This document shows positions 44,497-55,156 of a stretch of 64,000 nt of DNA, in pieces. The DNA comes from an uncultured Phycisphaerales bacterium (lineage in GTDB: Bacteria; Planctomycetota; Phycisphaerae; Tepidisphaerales; Tepidisphaeraceae): NCBI GenBank assembly GCA_963755915.1, contig CAVWLP010000002.1, positions 3,616,001 to 3,680,000 of the forward strand, read 5' to 3'. Both the position numbers and the translations under genes were made by a program. The notes under the pieces were generated by a model. It did no database searches and was not told where the DNA came from. It saw only the letters and a list, made by a program, of their open reading frames with translations. How positions within the stretch are numbered: position 1 is the first letter of the stretch; every line of letters begins with the position of its first letter.

Positions 44497-45924
44497 ATGT
44501 CGCCCTCCACGCTTTCCAAATCGCCGGGAATTGCCCTCCTTTTGGCGGGCTTCGTGTTGCTCGGGACAGCGGCAGTACGCGCCCAGGAAGCAATGACGAT
44601 CACTCCAAAGCCCTCCTCTGCCCAAAGGCCAATATCCCCTGATTTTCTGGGCTTAAGCTTTGAAACCCAGCTCGTCCTCCCCACCTCCGACGGCATCCGA
44701 TACTTCCGCCCCGAGAACGAGACTCTGATCGCGCTCTTCAAAACCCTCGGCATCAAACACCTCCGCATCGGCGGCAACACCTCCGACAACCCCGCAATCG
44801 CGATCCCCGGAAACTCCGACATCGACAGCCTCTTCGCCTTCGCCCATGCGGCCGGCGTGAAAGTAATCTACACGGTTCGCCTAAAAGGCCAGACCGACGC
44901 AACCACCGACATTCCGATTGTCAAATACATTCAAGATCGCTACGCCCGCGATCTCGATTGCTTCGCCCTCGGCAATGAGCCGAGCATCTACTTCACGCAG
45001 TATCCCGATTACAAAAAGCTCTGGGCGAAGATGACCGACCAGATCATCGCCGCCGTTCCACAGGCCGTCTTCTGTGGGCCCAATACGGATCGACCTCACG
45101 AATGGGCCGCTCAATTCGCCCATGATTTTCGCGCCGGTGGCCGGGTGAAGGAGATCAACATGCACGCTTACGTAGGCCTCAGCGCCAGAGACGTGACGGA
45201 TGTCGCCGCCGCTCGCGACAAAATGCTTTCCCCCGCGTGGGTGAAGCTCTACCAGGGCATCTACGACGATTTCGTCCCGCAAGTCGCCGACGAAAAATTA
45301 TCCTACCGCATCGAGGAGACCAACAGTTTCTTCAATGGGGGCAGAGAAGGCGTGAGCGACACGTTTGCCGCGGCGTTGTGGGCGCTGGACTATCTGCATT
45401 GGTGGTCGCGCCACGGGGCGGCGGGAGTCAATTTCCATACCGGCGATAGAGTCGCCGCGGGGCAGGAGTCGACTCCGTGCCGCTATGCGGCGTATGTCTC
45501 CACCACGAAGGGCTACGACGTTCACCCCGTCGGCTACGCCATCAAGGCATTCGACTTGGCCGCCCACGGCTCAATGATCGATCTGGATTGCCAATGCGCG
45601 CCCGACCTCAACGTCACCGCCTACGGCGAGGTGGATTCCGACGGTACGTTGTTCTTAACGATCATCAACAAGGAGCATGGCGCCCAAGGGCGCGATGTGG
45701 CCGTCACCATCAACGCCGGCAATACCTACACGCACGGCGAAGTTCAGTTCCTCGCCAATGCCAGCCACGATATCGCAGACAAGACCGGAATCACGCTCGG
45801 TAGCGCGCCGATCGGCAAAGATGCCTCATGGGCAGGCATATGGTGCTCCTTACAAGCCCCCTCTCAAGCCGGACGGTTCCATATCACAGTTCCCGCGGCA
45901 ACCGCGGCCATCATAAAATATTGA
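44497..45924 (+). CDS. GH79-like beta-glucuronidase/heparanase-family protein
   Basis: GAGGA RBS, signal peptide, FLGLSFE, LRIGGNTSD, LGNEP, IEETNS..GG..GVSDTFAAALWALDY, GVNFH. Confidence 0.85.
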   Translation: MSPSTLSKSPGIALLLAGFVLLGTAAVRAQEAMTITPKPSSAQRPISPDFLGLSFETQLVLPTSDGIRYFRPENETLIALFKTLGIKHLRIGGNTSDNPAIAIPGNSDIDSLFAFAHAAGVKVIYTVRLKGQTDATTDIPIVKYIQDRYARDLDCFALGNEPSIYFTQYPDYKKLWAKMTDQIIAAVPQAVFCGPNTDRPHEWAAQFAHDFRAGGRVKEINMHAYVGLSARDVTDVAAARDKMLSPAWVKLYQGIYDDFVPQVADEKLSYRIEETNSFFNGGREGVSDTFAAALWALDYLHWWSRHGAAGVNFHTGDRVAAGQESTPCRYAAYVSTTKGYDVHPVGYAIKAFDLAAHGSMIDLDCQCAPDLNVTAYGEVDSDGTLFLTIINKEHGAQGRDVAVTINAGNTYTHGEVQFLANASHDIADKTGITLGSAPIGKDASWAGIWCSLQAPSQAGRFHITVPAATAAIIKY

Positions 45925-46779
45925 CTGGTCTCTGGAAGTCCACTTGGGGAAATCATCAGCCATTTCACAAAGGGCGTTGAGCAGCCAATCCAAACAATTG
46001 TTAAGGCCAGCGCCTCCCGAAGTTACAGGATCGCCCAGAAAACGCGATAGCGGCTTTGGCGCGTCATAGTTCGTCCCGCACGAAAGCACGAGCGGAACCC
46101 TATCTTTTTTTTCGCTGATTGACGGCTCTCGCAGACGAGTCATTCGTATAGACGAAATCATCGACGTGCTGCAGGCCAGGCATCTTCTGGCGGTTCTCGA
46201 TTTCACACGCGATGCTTCGATTGGTTCAGAATCCCGTATTCAGTATCTTTCAAACTGAGTATCGACGCCTCATATTGAGGGCTCACAAGGTCGAGAGGGT
46301 CAGCGTCTCGGCCATTATATGTTGGAACAACACGACAATTATTTGAACAACCGGCGACTCCGTTGGCAGGTCAACGATTTCGCGTTGGAACACTTAGCGC
46401 ACCAGGTCGCTTCCAATTGGAAGATCGAATCGCCGGTGATCGGGTTCATGAGGGGCGGGCGGCAAAGACCCTCGTCCCCATCTCGACGGCTTGAGATTGC
46501 GCGTTTTCCACTCCTCCGGCAGCCACCGGGGCGCGGCGCCTTTCGCTAGTTATCGGCACTGTAGTTTTTGAGCCGCACCATATTTCTCCGCACCGCAACC
46601 CCGCCTAACCAATCAAATCGCAGACGAATTAAGTCACGCTTCCACCTGGCCTTTACAGTTCCTGATCCACAGCAGATTTCGCAAGTTCATTCAAAAAAGG
46701 GACCAGCTCTTTTCGCCGATAGTTAAGTGGGCGTCTTTGGGAACGGGCCTCCGGCAGATTTCCGCGTCTTTTTTAAAAA

Positions 46780-49700
46780 ATGGCGTCTCCATTCAACGCA
46801 AGACAATCTCTCGCAACGCGCACCAGCGCGTCGAATGCTCCGCGCCAAGGCCTCCGAGGCGTGCCGCTTTGTAGAAAAATCCTTTGGTGGCAAGCCCAAT
46901 TTATATTTGAATGGCTTGAACCCAGGAATTTTCTAAGCGGCAGTGGAGTGGCCGGGGGCGATGCGCCCGCCTCCCAGAACCCCGCGTTTTTCCAGTCCAG
47001 CCCTTCGCCCACCGTCGCCGTTGCCGCCGCCGCCTTTCCGTCCACGGTTTCTGGTATCACCGCGAATCTCAGTGTCCTTGGCGCTGACGTCAATGGCGAA
47101 GCCAGCCTGACCTATACGTGGGCGACGACCGGCTCACCCCCGGCTCTCGTCGCCTTCAGCGCCAACGGCACCAACGCCTCCAAGGACGTCACAGCGACCT
47201 TCTCCCGCGCCGGTGATTACACTTTCCAAGTCACCATCACCGACACGCAAGGCGCTTCCACGACCTCCAGCGTGAACGTGACCGTTGATCAAACCGCCAA
47301 TTCCATTGCTATCGCGCCGACCACCTCCACGCTCAACGTGAATCAGCAGCAGCAGTTCTCCGCTTCCGAATACGACCAGTTCGGCCAACTGATGGCCCAG
47401 CAGCCCTCCTTCTCATGGACCCTGGCTTCCGGCGATGGTTCGATCACCACAGCCGGTCTCTACACTGCCCCCCTGACGGTCGGTTCGGCGCAAATCGTCG
47501 CCTCCGCGGGTTCGCTCAGTGCCTCGGCGTCAGTGACCATTCAAAACACCGGACCGCAGATCACTCAAGCCGCCGCCGCTTCCCCTTCCCCGGTCACCGG
47601 CACATCCACCACGCTGTCCGTCGCCGCGACCGACGACGCCGGCGCCGCAAATCTCATCTACCAATGGTCGGTCCTCTCAAAACCAACGGGTGTTCAATCG
47701 CCGCTGTTCAGCGTCAACGGCACCAACGCCGCCGTATCCACCGTCGCCATCTTCTTCGCAGCCGGGACATACGAACTCCAGGCCACCGTTACCGATTCCG
47801 TGGGCCTTTCGGCCACAAGCGACGTCACCATTCAGGTCGACCAGACCCTTACCAGCATCCACATCGCACCCCCCTCAACCATGTCCACGAGAAGCACCCA
47901 GCAACTCTCCGCCGCGGAACTCGATCAATTCGGCAACGCCATGGCCACCCAACCCACTCTCACCTGGTCTCTTTCCGGTGGAGGTTCTGTCTCTTCCTCC
48001 GGCCTGTATACGTCTTCATCCTCCACTGGCACCCCAACCGTCACCGTATCAGCCAGTGGAGTCAGCGGCTCGACGACGATATCCGTCGTCGGCTCCAAGG
48101 CCATCACCGCCTCGCCCGCAACCGTCACCGGCACGCAAACCTCACTCACGGCCGTCGGTGTCACCGGCCTCCTTGCCTCCTATTCCTGGACCGTCACCGC
48201 CAAGCCGGGCGGCGCCACCACTCCGACGCTCAATGTTGCCTCCGGAGGTGAGTCCGCGACCGCTACTTTCTTCCAGGCCGGAAACTACACGGTCGAATTC
48301 CAGTGCAGTTCGCTGTTGGGCCTTCTTGGTACCACCACCCTGACGATCAACATAACCGTTGACCAAACACTGACCGCGGTTCTGGTCACTCCTTCTTCCG
48401 CCACCATGAACGTCAGCGGCTCTCAGCAGTTCGCCGCTACGGCGTACGATCAATTCGGCAAGGTCATGGCTACGCAGCCGACGTTCCATTGGGGCCTGAC
48501 GGCTGGCTCCGGAACACTCTCCTCCACCGGCGACTACACCGCGCCCGCCGCCGCAACCAGCGCCACAATCACCGCCAGCGCCAGCGGTGTTTCCAGCTCC
48601 GCCGATGTTGTCGTCAACGCGGCCAGACCCACCGTGGCGAGCGCTGCCAACAGTTCTCCCACCTCGCCCGCCGCTCCGGGTTCAGTCAATCTCAATGTCC
48701 TGGGCTCCGACCCGGGCGGGGAAAGCAATCTCACCTACACCTGGTCCGTCATCGGCACGCCGCCCGGAGCCGTCGATTTCTCTGCCAACGGCGCTAACTC
48801 CGCCCAAAACACCATCGCCGGCGTTTCCGCGCCGGGAACCTACGATTTCCTTGCCACCATCACCAACGCCGCCGGAAATTCGGTCACAAGCTCTGTTGCC
48901 GTCACGTTTACCTCAGCCTCCAATCAGCCTCCGACGGTGTCCGTGCCGTCTGCGCAGCAGACGAATGAAAACGCGACGCTCACTTTCTCCCCCGCCAATT
49001 CAAACGCAATCACCATAAACAACATTGCAAACACAACCGAGCAAGTCACTCTCACCGCGGTCAACGGGCTGCTCACTCTTGGTTCCACCACAGGCCTGAC
49101 CTTCACGGTCGGCACAGGGTCTAACGATTCGGTGCTGACGTTCCAGGGCTCGCCCAGCGAAATCAACGCCGCGCTAAGCGGCCTTACCTTCGCTCCTACC
49201 CCAAACGATTTTGGATACGCGGGCATTCAAATCTCCGCCACCGCCGGCTCCAGCGCTGCGACGATCGCTAACATACCTATCAACATCGAACAAGTCGCCC
49301 AGCCGCCAACCGTCGCGACTGCCGCGCAGGCCTCCCCATCCCCGGTGACCGGAACGTCCACCACTCTCACCGCCCTCGGCGCGGACGCCGAATATGGACC
49401 CTCCGGCCTCACCTACGTCTGGTCGGTCCTCACTAAACCCGCCGGCGCCGCCAACCCCAGCTTCAGCCTCAACGGCTCCAACGATGCCCAGAGCACCGTC
49501 GCCACGTTCGGCGGCGCCGGCAATTACACATTGCAAGTGACGATTACCGACCCCGGCGGCCTCTCTGTCACCAGCTCCGTCTCCGTCACTGTGGATCAAA
49601 CCCTCACCGGCATTTCCGTCTCGCCCGCCAACACGGCCTCGGCCGTCGGCGGTACCCAGCAATACTTCGGCGTCGCACTCGACCAGTTCGGCAACGCGAT

Positions 49701-52647
49701 GGCCGCTCAGCCAACGCTGGACTGGTCCTGCGATGTCGGCTCGATCAGTTCGACGGGTTTATATACCGCCCCGGTAACCCCAACCACGGACACAATTTTC
49801 GCCAGCAGCAGCGGAGTGACCGGATCGACCACCGTTTCCGTCGTCTCCGCGGGAACGGCCGTGGCCTCACCGGGCGTTGTGACAGGAACCTACACGACGC
49901 TCTCCGTCCTCGGCGGCGCTACCAGCGGCGTTACCTACACCTGGTCCGCCATCACTCTGCCCTCCGGCGCCTTAAACCCATCCTACAGCGCAAACTTCTC
50001 GTCCGCCGCTCAAACTACGATCGCAACCTTCTCTCACGCCGGCGACTACACCTTCGAGGTCGCCATCAACGATGGTTCGATCACCTATCAAACGGTCTCG
50101 GTAATCGTTCAGCAGACCGTTACGTCGATCTCCGTCTCTCCCTCCATGGCGAGCCTCGACGAAAACGCGCAGCAGCACTTCTCCGCGGTCGCATACGATC
50201 AGTTCGGCAATCCCATCGCCTCGCCAGGACCGTTCGCCTGGAGGGTCTCATCCGGCGGCGGGGCCATCGACGGCTCCGGTCTCTACACCGCGCCCGGCGC
50301 GGGCGCGGGAAGCGTCACGATCGCCGCCGCCATCGGCACCGTCTCTGGCGGTGCTTCCATCACCGTCATCGACGCTCCGCCTACCGTTGCCACACCCGCG
50401 GCCGCATCAAGTTCCACCGTCACCACAACCTCCACCCTCCTTTCCGTTCTCGGCGCCGACGATGGAGGCGAATCCAATCTCACCTACACCTGGGCCACTG
50501 ACGGCACACCTCCTGCCCCCGTCACCTTCTCCCTCAACGGAAACAACTCTGCCAAAGACACCATCGCCACCTTCTCCAAGGCCGGCACATACGAATTTCG
50601 GGTGACCATCGCAGATATTGAAGGCCTTACGACGACGTCTTCTGTTACCGTCATTGTCAACCAAACCGTCACTACACTGGGAATCGCGCCTCCCCAGATC
50701 TCGCTGCATCTCAATGCCCAGAGCCAATTCTCCGCCACCGGTGAGGATCAATTCGGCAACCCAATGGCCACGATGCCCGCATTGAATTGGTCGGTCGCAT
50801 CGGGCGGCGGTTCCATCAACTCCGCCGGCCTTTACACCGCACCAAGCTCCCCCGGCATCGCCACCATATCCGTCAGCGGTGGTTCGGCTTCGCAAGTCGC
50901 TGATGTCACGATCTTCAACGCCCCTCCCTCCGTGGCCGTTGCCGCCGCCGCTTCTCCGACAATGGTGGACGGCACCACCACCAATCTGAGCGTCCTGGGC
51001 GCCGACGACGGTGGTCAAGCCAATCTCACCTATACCTGGACCACCGAAGGCAACCCACCAGCTCCCGTCCTCTTCTCACGGAACAGTACAAACGCCGCCC
51101 AAAGCGTCATGGCCACGTTCTCTGCCCCCGGCACCTACCAATTCCTGGTCACGATCGTTGACGCCGAGGGCGCGTCCACCATCAGCTCCGTCACGGTCCA
51201 GGTGATTCCGACGTATTCCGGAATTGACGTCTCACCGTCCGGCTCGGCCCTTCAGCGCGCTCAATCCGAACAGTTTTCCGCGGTTGCCGTTAACCAGTTT
51301 GGCAATCCCATGGCCACGCAGCCCATCTTCACGTGGTCGACGCTTGCCAACGTCGGCACAATTTCGGCCGCTGGGCTCTACACCGCCCCCAACGCCGGCG
51401 CGGGCAACGCCACCATCATCGCCACGGCCGGCAACATCAGCGGCTCCGCCTCCGCCAGCTTGCTTGATGATCTCGCTGTTTCCGTTCCCCCAAGCCAGTC
51501 GACCGCTCCCACCCTGCCCCTGGTCTTCTCCACCGCCGATCCGATTTTTGTTACCGACACCGACGCCGCCACCCAATCCGTTCCCCTTACGCTTACCCTT
51601 TCTGGAACCGGCGGCGTAATCTCTCTCTCAGAGCTCAACGGCCTTTCCCTCTCAGCCGGAACGGGGACTAACGATATTACCGTCAGCGTTACCGGCACGC
51701 TCGCGGCCATCAATGCCTCTCTCCAGGGCCTGAAATTCACGCCCGATCCCGGTTTCGCCGGCGACGCTACCCTCGCTGTCACCATTAACGAGATTTCCGT
51801 ATCCGCCTCGTCGCCGATGCGCTCGGTCAACATTTACGTCCAGGAGGCCGCGACTACCTCCACGTCAACAACCTCTTCCATCTTTTCACCAGGCGCCTCC
51901 TCCGACTCCGAAAACTCCATCCTCACTGGCATTCTTGACGGTCCGCTTACAACCACGGGCGATTCCACGCCCACGACCTCCCAGACAACTTCGACCGACT
52001 CCACCTCCGTTATTTCCCAGGATGCGATCACCGCGTCCGACACGATATTCCCCGATCCAACACCTTCCCCCGACGCACCATCTCCCGAAGCTGTCGCCCC
52101 GCCCGCAGCCCCGGCCGAATCTGCTGCCAAACCCGCTCCAACCGTCGCCGCTGTCGCCAGCGTCGTTACCGCGCCCAAACCCTCGGCTCCAGCCAATTCG
52201 GCTAGCGCCAACCCATTCGCTACCGCCTCTTCCATCCCCGATGAGCAGGTCCGAACCGTTCCCGATCAGGTTTTCACTTTCCTCGATCCGCAGAGTCCCA
52301 TGCTCAAAAACCTCGACGAAATGAAGACCGACATGGCTTCCGAGAAAGCCCTCAAGGTTACCGCCGGTTCCGCATCCGTCGTCTCTTTTAGCGCCTCCGC
52401 CGCCTATCTCATCTGGATGCTTCGCGGCGGATCGCTGCTCAGCAGCCTCCTTTCAGTTTTCCCAGCATGGAAATCGATGGACCCAATCCCCGTCCTCGAT
52501 AGCTTCGAAAAATCACGCAAAAAGCGCAAACCCCAGGCCGGCGACAATGATTCCATCGAATCCCTCGTCGAGAATTCTAACCAGGCCGCTCAAAACTCTG
52601 GCACTTTCAAACACTCCGACACCGATGACATGGAACCAACGTCATGA
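46780..52647 (+). CDS. Giant (1955 aa) Ig-like/PKD repeat surface protein with LEPR leader and C-terminal hydrophobic motif
   Basis: EWLEPRNFLS, about 8 PKD-like units, 7 [DN]QFG-containing Ig units, 2 cadherin-like units, an S/T/P/A linker, and AYLIWMLRGGSLLSSLLSVFPAWKSMDPIPVL. Confidence 0.88.
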   Translation: MASPFNARQSLATRTSASNAPRQGLRGVPLCRKILWWQAQFIFEWLEPRNFLSGSGVAGGDAPASQNPAFFQSSPSPTVAVAAAAFPSTVSGITANLSVLGADVNGEASLTYTWATTGSPPALVAFSANGTNASKDVTATFSRAGDYTFQVTITDTQGASTTSSVNVTVDQTANSIAIAPTTSTLNVNQQQQFSASEYDQFGQLMAQQPSFSWTLASGDGSITTAGLYTAPLTVGSAQIVASAGSLSASASVTIQNTGPQITQAAAASPSPVTGTSTTLSVAATDDAGAANLIYQWSVLSKPTGVQSPLFSVNGTNAAVSTVAIFFAAGTYELQATVTDSVGLSATSDVTIQVDQTLTSIHIAPPSTMSTRSTQQLSAAELDQFGNAMATQPTLTWSLSGGGSVSSSGLYTSSSSTGTPTVTVSASGVSGSTTISVVGSKAITASPATVTGTQTSLTAVGVTGLLASYSWTVTAKPGGATTPTLNVASGGESATATFFQAGNYTVEFQCSSLLGLLGTTTLTINITVDQTLTAVLVTPSSATMNVSGSQQFAATAYDQFGKVMATQPTFHWGLTAGSGTLSSTGDYTAPAAATSATITASASGVSSSADVVVNAARPTVASAANSSPTSPAAPGSVNLNVLGSDPGGESNLTYTWSVIGTPPGAVDFSANGANSAQNTIAGVSAPGTYDFLATITNAAGNSVTSSVAVTFTSASNQPPTVSVPSAQQTNENATLTFSPANSNAITINNIANTTEQVTLTAVNGLLTLGSTTGLTFTVGTGSNDSVLTFQGSPSEINAALSGLTFAPTPNDFGYAGIQISATAGSSAATIANIPINIEQVAQPPTVATAAQASPSPVTGTSTTLTALGADAEYGPSGLTYVWSVLTKPAGAANPSFSLNGSNDAQSTVATFGGAGNYTLQVTITDPGGLSVTSSVSVTVDQTLTGISVSPANTASAVGGTQQYFGVALDQFGNAMAAQPTLDWSCDVGSISSTGLYTAPVTPTTDTIFASSSGVTGSTTVSVVSAGTAVASPGVVTGTYTTLSVLGGATSGVTYTWSAITLPSGALNPSYSANFSSAAQTTIATFSHAGDYTFEVAINDGSITYQTVSVIVQQTVTSISVSPSMASLDENAQQHFSAVAYDQFGNPIASPGPFAWRVSSGGGAIDGSGLYTAPGAGAGSVTIAAAIGTVSGGASITVIDAPPTVATPAAASSSTVTTTSTLLSVLGADDGGESNLTYTWATDGTPPAPVTFSLNGNNSAKDTIATFSKAGTYEFRVTIADIEGLTTTSSVTVIVNQTVTTLGIAPPQISLHLNAQSQFSATGEDQFGNPMATMPALNWSVASGGGSINSAGLYTAPSSPGIATISVSGGSASQVADVTIFNAPPSVAVAAAASPTMVDGTTTNLSVLGADDGGQANLTYTWTTEGNPPAPVLFSRNSTNAAQSVMATFSAPGTYQFLVTIVDAEGASTISSVTVQVIPTYSGIDVSPSGSALQRAQSEQFSAVAVNQFGNPMATQPIFTWSTLANVGTISAAGLYTAPNAGAGNATIIATAGNISGSASASLLDDLAVSVPPSQSTAPTLPLVFSTADPIFVTDTDAATQSVPLTLTLSGTGGVISLSELNGLSLSAGTGTNDITVSVTGTLAAINASLQGLKFTPDPGFAGDATLAVTINEISVSASSPMRSVNIYVQEAATTSTSTTSSIFSPGASSDSENSILTGILDGPLTTTGDSTPTTSQTTSTDSTSVISQDAITASDTIFPDPTPSPDAPSPEAVAPPAAPAESAAKPAPTVAAVASVVTAPKPSAPANSASANPFATASSIPDEQVRTVPDQVFTFLDPQSPMLKNLDEMKTDMASEKALKVTAGSASVVSFSASAAYLIWMLRGGSLLSSLLSVFPAWKSMDPIPVLDSFEKSRKKRKPQAGDNDSIESLVENSNQAAQNSGTFKHSDTDDMEPTS

Positions 52648-55156
52648 ACCGAATACCTGTACGCATTAAAATCGTTTTCGGCCTTCAGTTGCTCCTCATT
52701 AGCGCCATCGCGCTGGCTATTGCGCTGGGCTTTGTTCCCAATCCGCAGGCCGCCACCATGGCAGGGCGCGCCACGCTTGCCGAAACCATCGCCGTCAACG
52801 CGTCCGCATTTGTCTCACGAAGGGACATGGCAGGTCTTGATGCCGTTCTCCGCGCCGTTGCTCAGCGCAATCCTGACATCCTTTCGCTGGGCCTGCGGAA
52901 ATCCGATGGCTTCCTCATCATTGACGTCGGCAATCACGCCGCCTACTGGCCGAAATCCTCCGACGAGGCCTCGCGCGTTTTGGTCCCCATCTTTGCCCAG
53001 AAGAGCCAGTGGGGATCCATGGAAATCCGCTTTCAGTCTCTGAAATATTCCGGCCCCTTTGGATTCATCTTCTCGCCCTATACGAAGATGATCCTCTTCA
53101 TCTCCGTCGCCAGCCTTGCCTCCTTCCTGATTTACCTCAAGCGCACGCTCCAGCATCTCGATCCCTCCAAGGTAGTTCCTCCCCATGTCCGCGCTGCGCT
53201 GGATACGCTCGCGGAGGGGCTTCTCATTGTCGATCAGCAGGGCCGGATCGCCCTGGCCAACCGAACTTTCGCCGCCGTGGTCGGCTCCGACGCCGACAAG
53301 CTCATGGGCGCTCGCGCCGCGCAGTTCGATTGGAAGCATAACATGCCGAGCGCCGACCCGTCCGCACCCATCGACCTCCCCTGGGCCGCCGCCGTCCGCG
53401 ACAACCAGGCCCAGCGCAACCAAACCCTCCGTCTCGTCGATGCCGCCGGCGTCAACCGCACCTTCATCGTCAACTGCTCCCCCGTCGCCGGCGCGCGCGG
53501 CAAGGCCCGCGGCGCACTCGCCAGCTTCGAGGATGTCACACCCCTCGTCGAAAAGGAAATTGAGCTGCGCAAATCCAAAGAGATGGCCGACGAAGCCAAC
53601 CGCGCAAAAAGCGAATTTCTCGCCCGCATGAGCCACGAAATCCGAACCCCCATGAATGCCATCCTCGGATTCACGGATGTGCTTCGACGCGGCTACGAAG
53701 ACAGCGAAGCCGAACGCCTCGAATTCCTCAACACCATTCACTCCAGCGGACAGCACCTCCTTGAGCTCATCAATGACATCCTCGATCTTTCCAAGATCGA
53801 ATCCGGCAAGCTCGAAATCGAACTTACGCGCTGCTCACCCAACCAGATCATCTCCGAGATCGTCGCCGTCCTGGGAATTCGCGCCCAGGACAAGGGCATC
53901 GACCTCTCCTTCGCCTGGGTTGGTCCCTCTCCCGCCACCGTCCTGACCGATCCCACACGCTTCCGCCAGGTTCTCACCAACCTCGTCGGAAATTCCATCA
54001 AATTCACCGAAAAAGGCGGCGTACGTCTGCTCGCGCGGCTCGACCGCTCGAACCCGCGCCCATGCCTAGTCGTCGACGTGATCGACACCGGCATCGGCAT
54101 GAAGCCCGAATCCCTGAAACGTATTTTCGACCCCTTCACACAGGCCGACAACTCCATCACCCGCCGATTCGGCGGCACCGGGCTGGGCCTCTCTATTAGT
54201 CGTCAGTGTGCCACCGCGCTTGGCGGTGGGCTCACCGTGCAAAGTGAGTATGGCAAGGGCAGCACGTTCACGCTAACCATCGACGCCGGTCTGCTCGAAC
54301 CCATTGAATTTTTCGACCCCGTGGAAGAAAAATCCGCCAAGGCCAAATCCGCCCCCGCGCCGGCGGTCGTTCGTCTCAATCCCGCGCGGATCCTCGTCGT
54401 CGAGGACGGCACAAGCAACCAGAGGCTCATCACTATCGTCCTTCAACGCGCCGGGGTCACTGTCGAACTCGCCAATAATGGTCAAATCGGCTACGACAAA
54501 GCCACCACCGGTCAATATGACGTCATCCTCATGGACATGCAGATGTCCGTGATGGACGGCTTCACCGCAGCCCGCCGTCTGCGCGAAAACGGCTGCAAAC
54601 TCCCCATTATCGCCCTGACGGCCAATGCCATGAAAGGTGAAGAGGAAAATGCCGCGCCGCCGGATGCTCCGGTTATCTCAGCAAACCGATCGACGTCGAC
54701 CTCCTTTTGCGAACCCTGGCCAATCTGGTCGGCACCGCCTCTTCCGATGCCCCCGCTCCACAGCCCAGGCCCATCGCTTCAGCACCTTCAGCCGCGCCGC
54801 AAACAACTCCTCCCAACCTCCTGGTTCTTCAGTCCACCCTTCCCATCGAAGATCCCGATTTTCTCGAAATCGTGCAGGAATTCGCCGACCGCCTTCGCGA
54901 TCAGATCGCCGAAATGCAAAAGGCCTGGGAAAAAAAGGAATTGTCCCAGCTTGCCTCGCTGGCGCACTGGCTTAAAGGCTCCGGCGGCACCGCCGGATTC
55001 AATGCCTTCACCAATCCCGCGGCCAGGCTCGAAAAGCTCGCAAAGGAAAATCGCGTCGATCAAATCCCCGCCGCTCTCGCCGACGTCCAGGACCTCGGCC
55101 GCCGCGTCGTTCGGCCCCAGCCCAAACCCGTCACCGCCGGCGGAGCACAGTCATGA
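52644..55156 (+). CDS. Hybrid sensor histidine kinase (2 TM, PAS, HisKA, HATPase, REC, Hpt); indel near 54650
   Basis: KSEFLARMSHEIRTPMN, NLVGNSIKFT, DTGIG, GGTGLGL, LMDMQM; Hpt LAHWLKGSGG in ORF 54707-55156. Confidence 0.95.

Noticed and set aside
45850-46549. Short ORFs between GH79 and the giant protein
   Set aside because: No recognisable domain; a decayed gene cannot be excluded.
46780-51840. CRISPR-like or DNA-level repeat array
   Set aside because: The repeats are diverged protein domains within one ORF; no identical repeats with unique spacers occur anywhere in the window.
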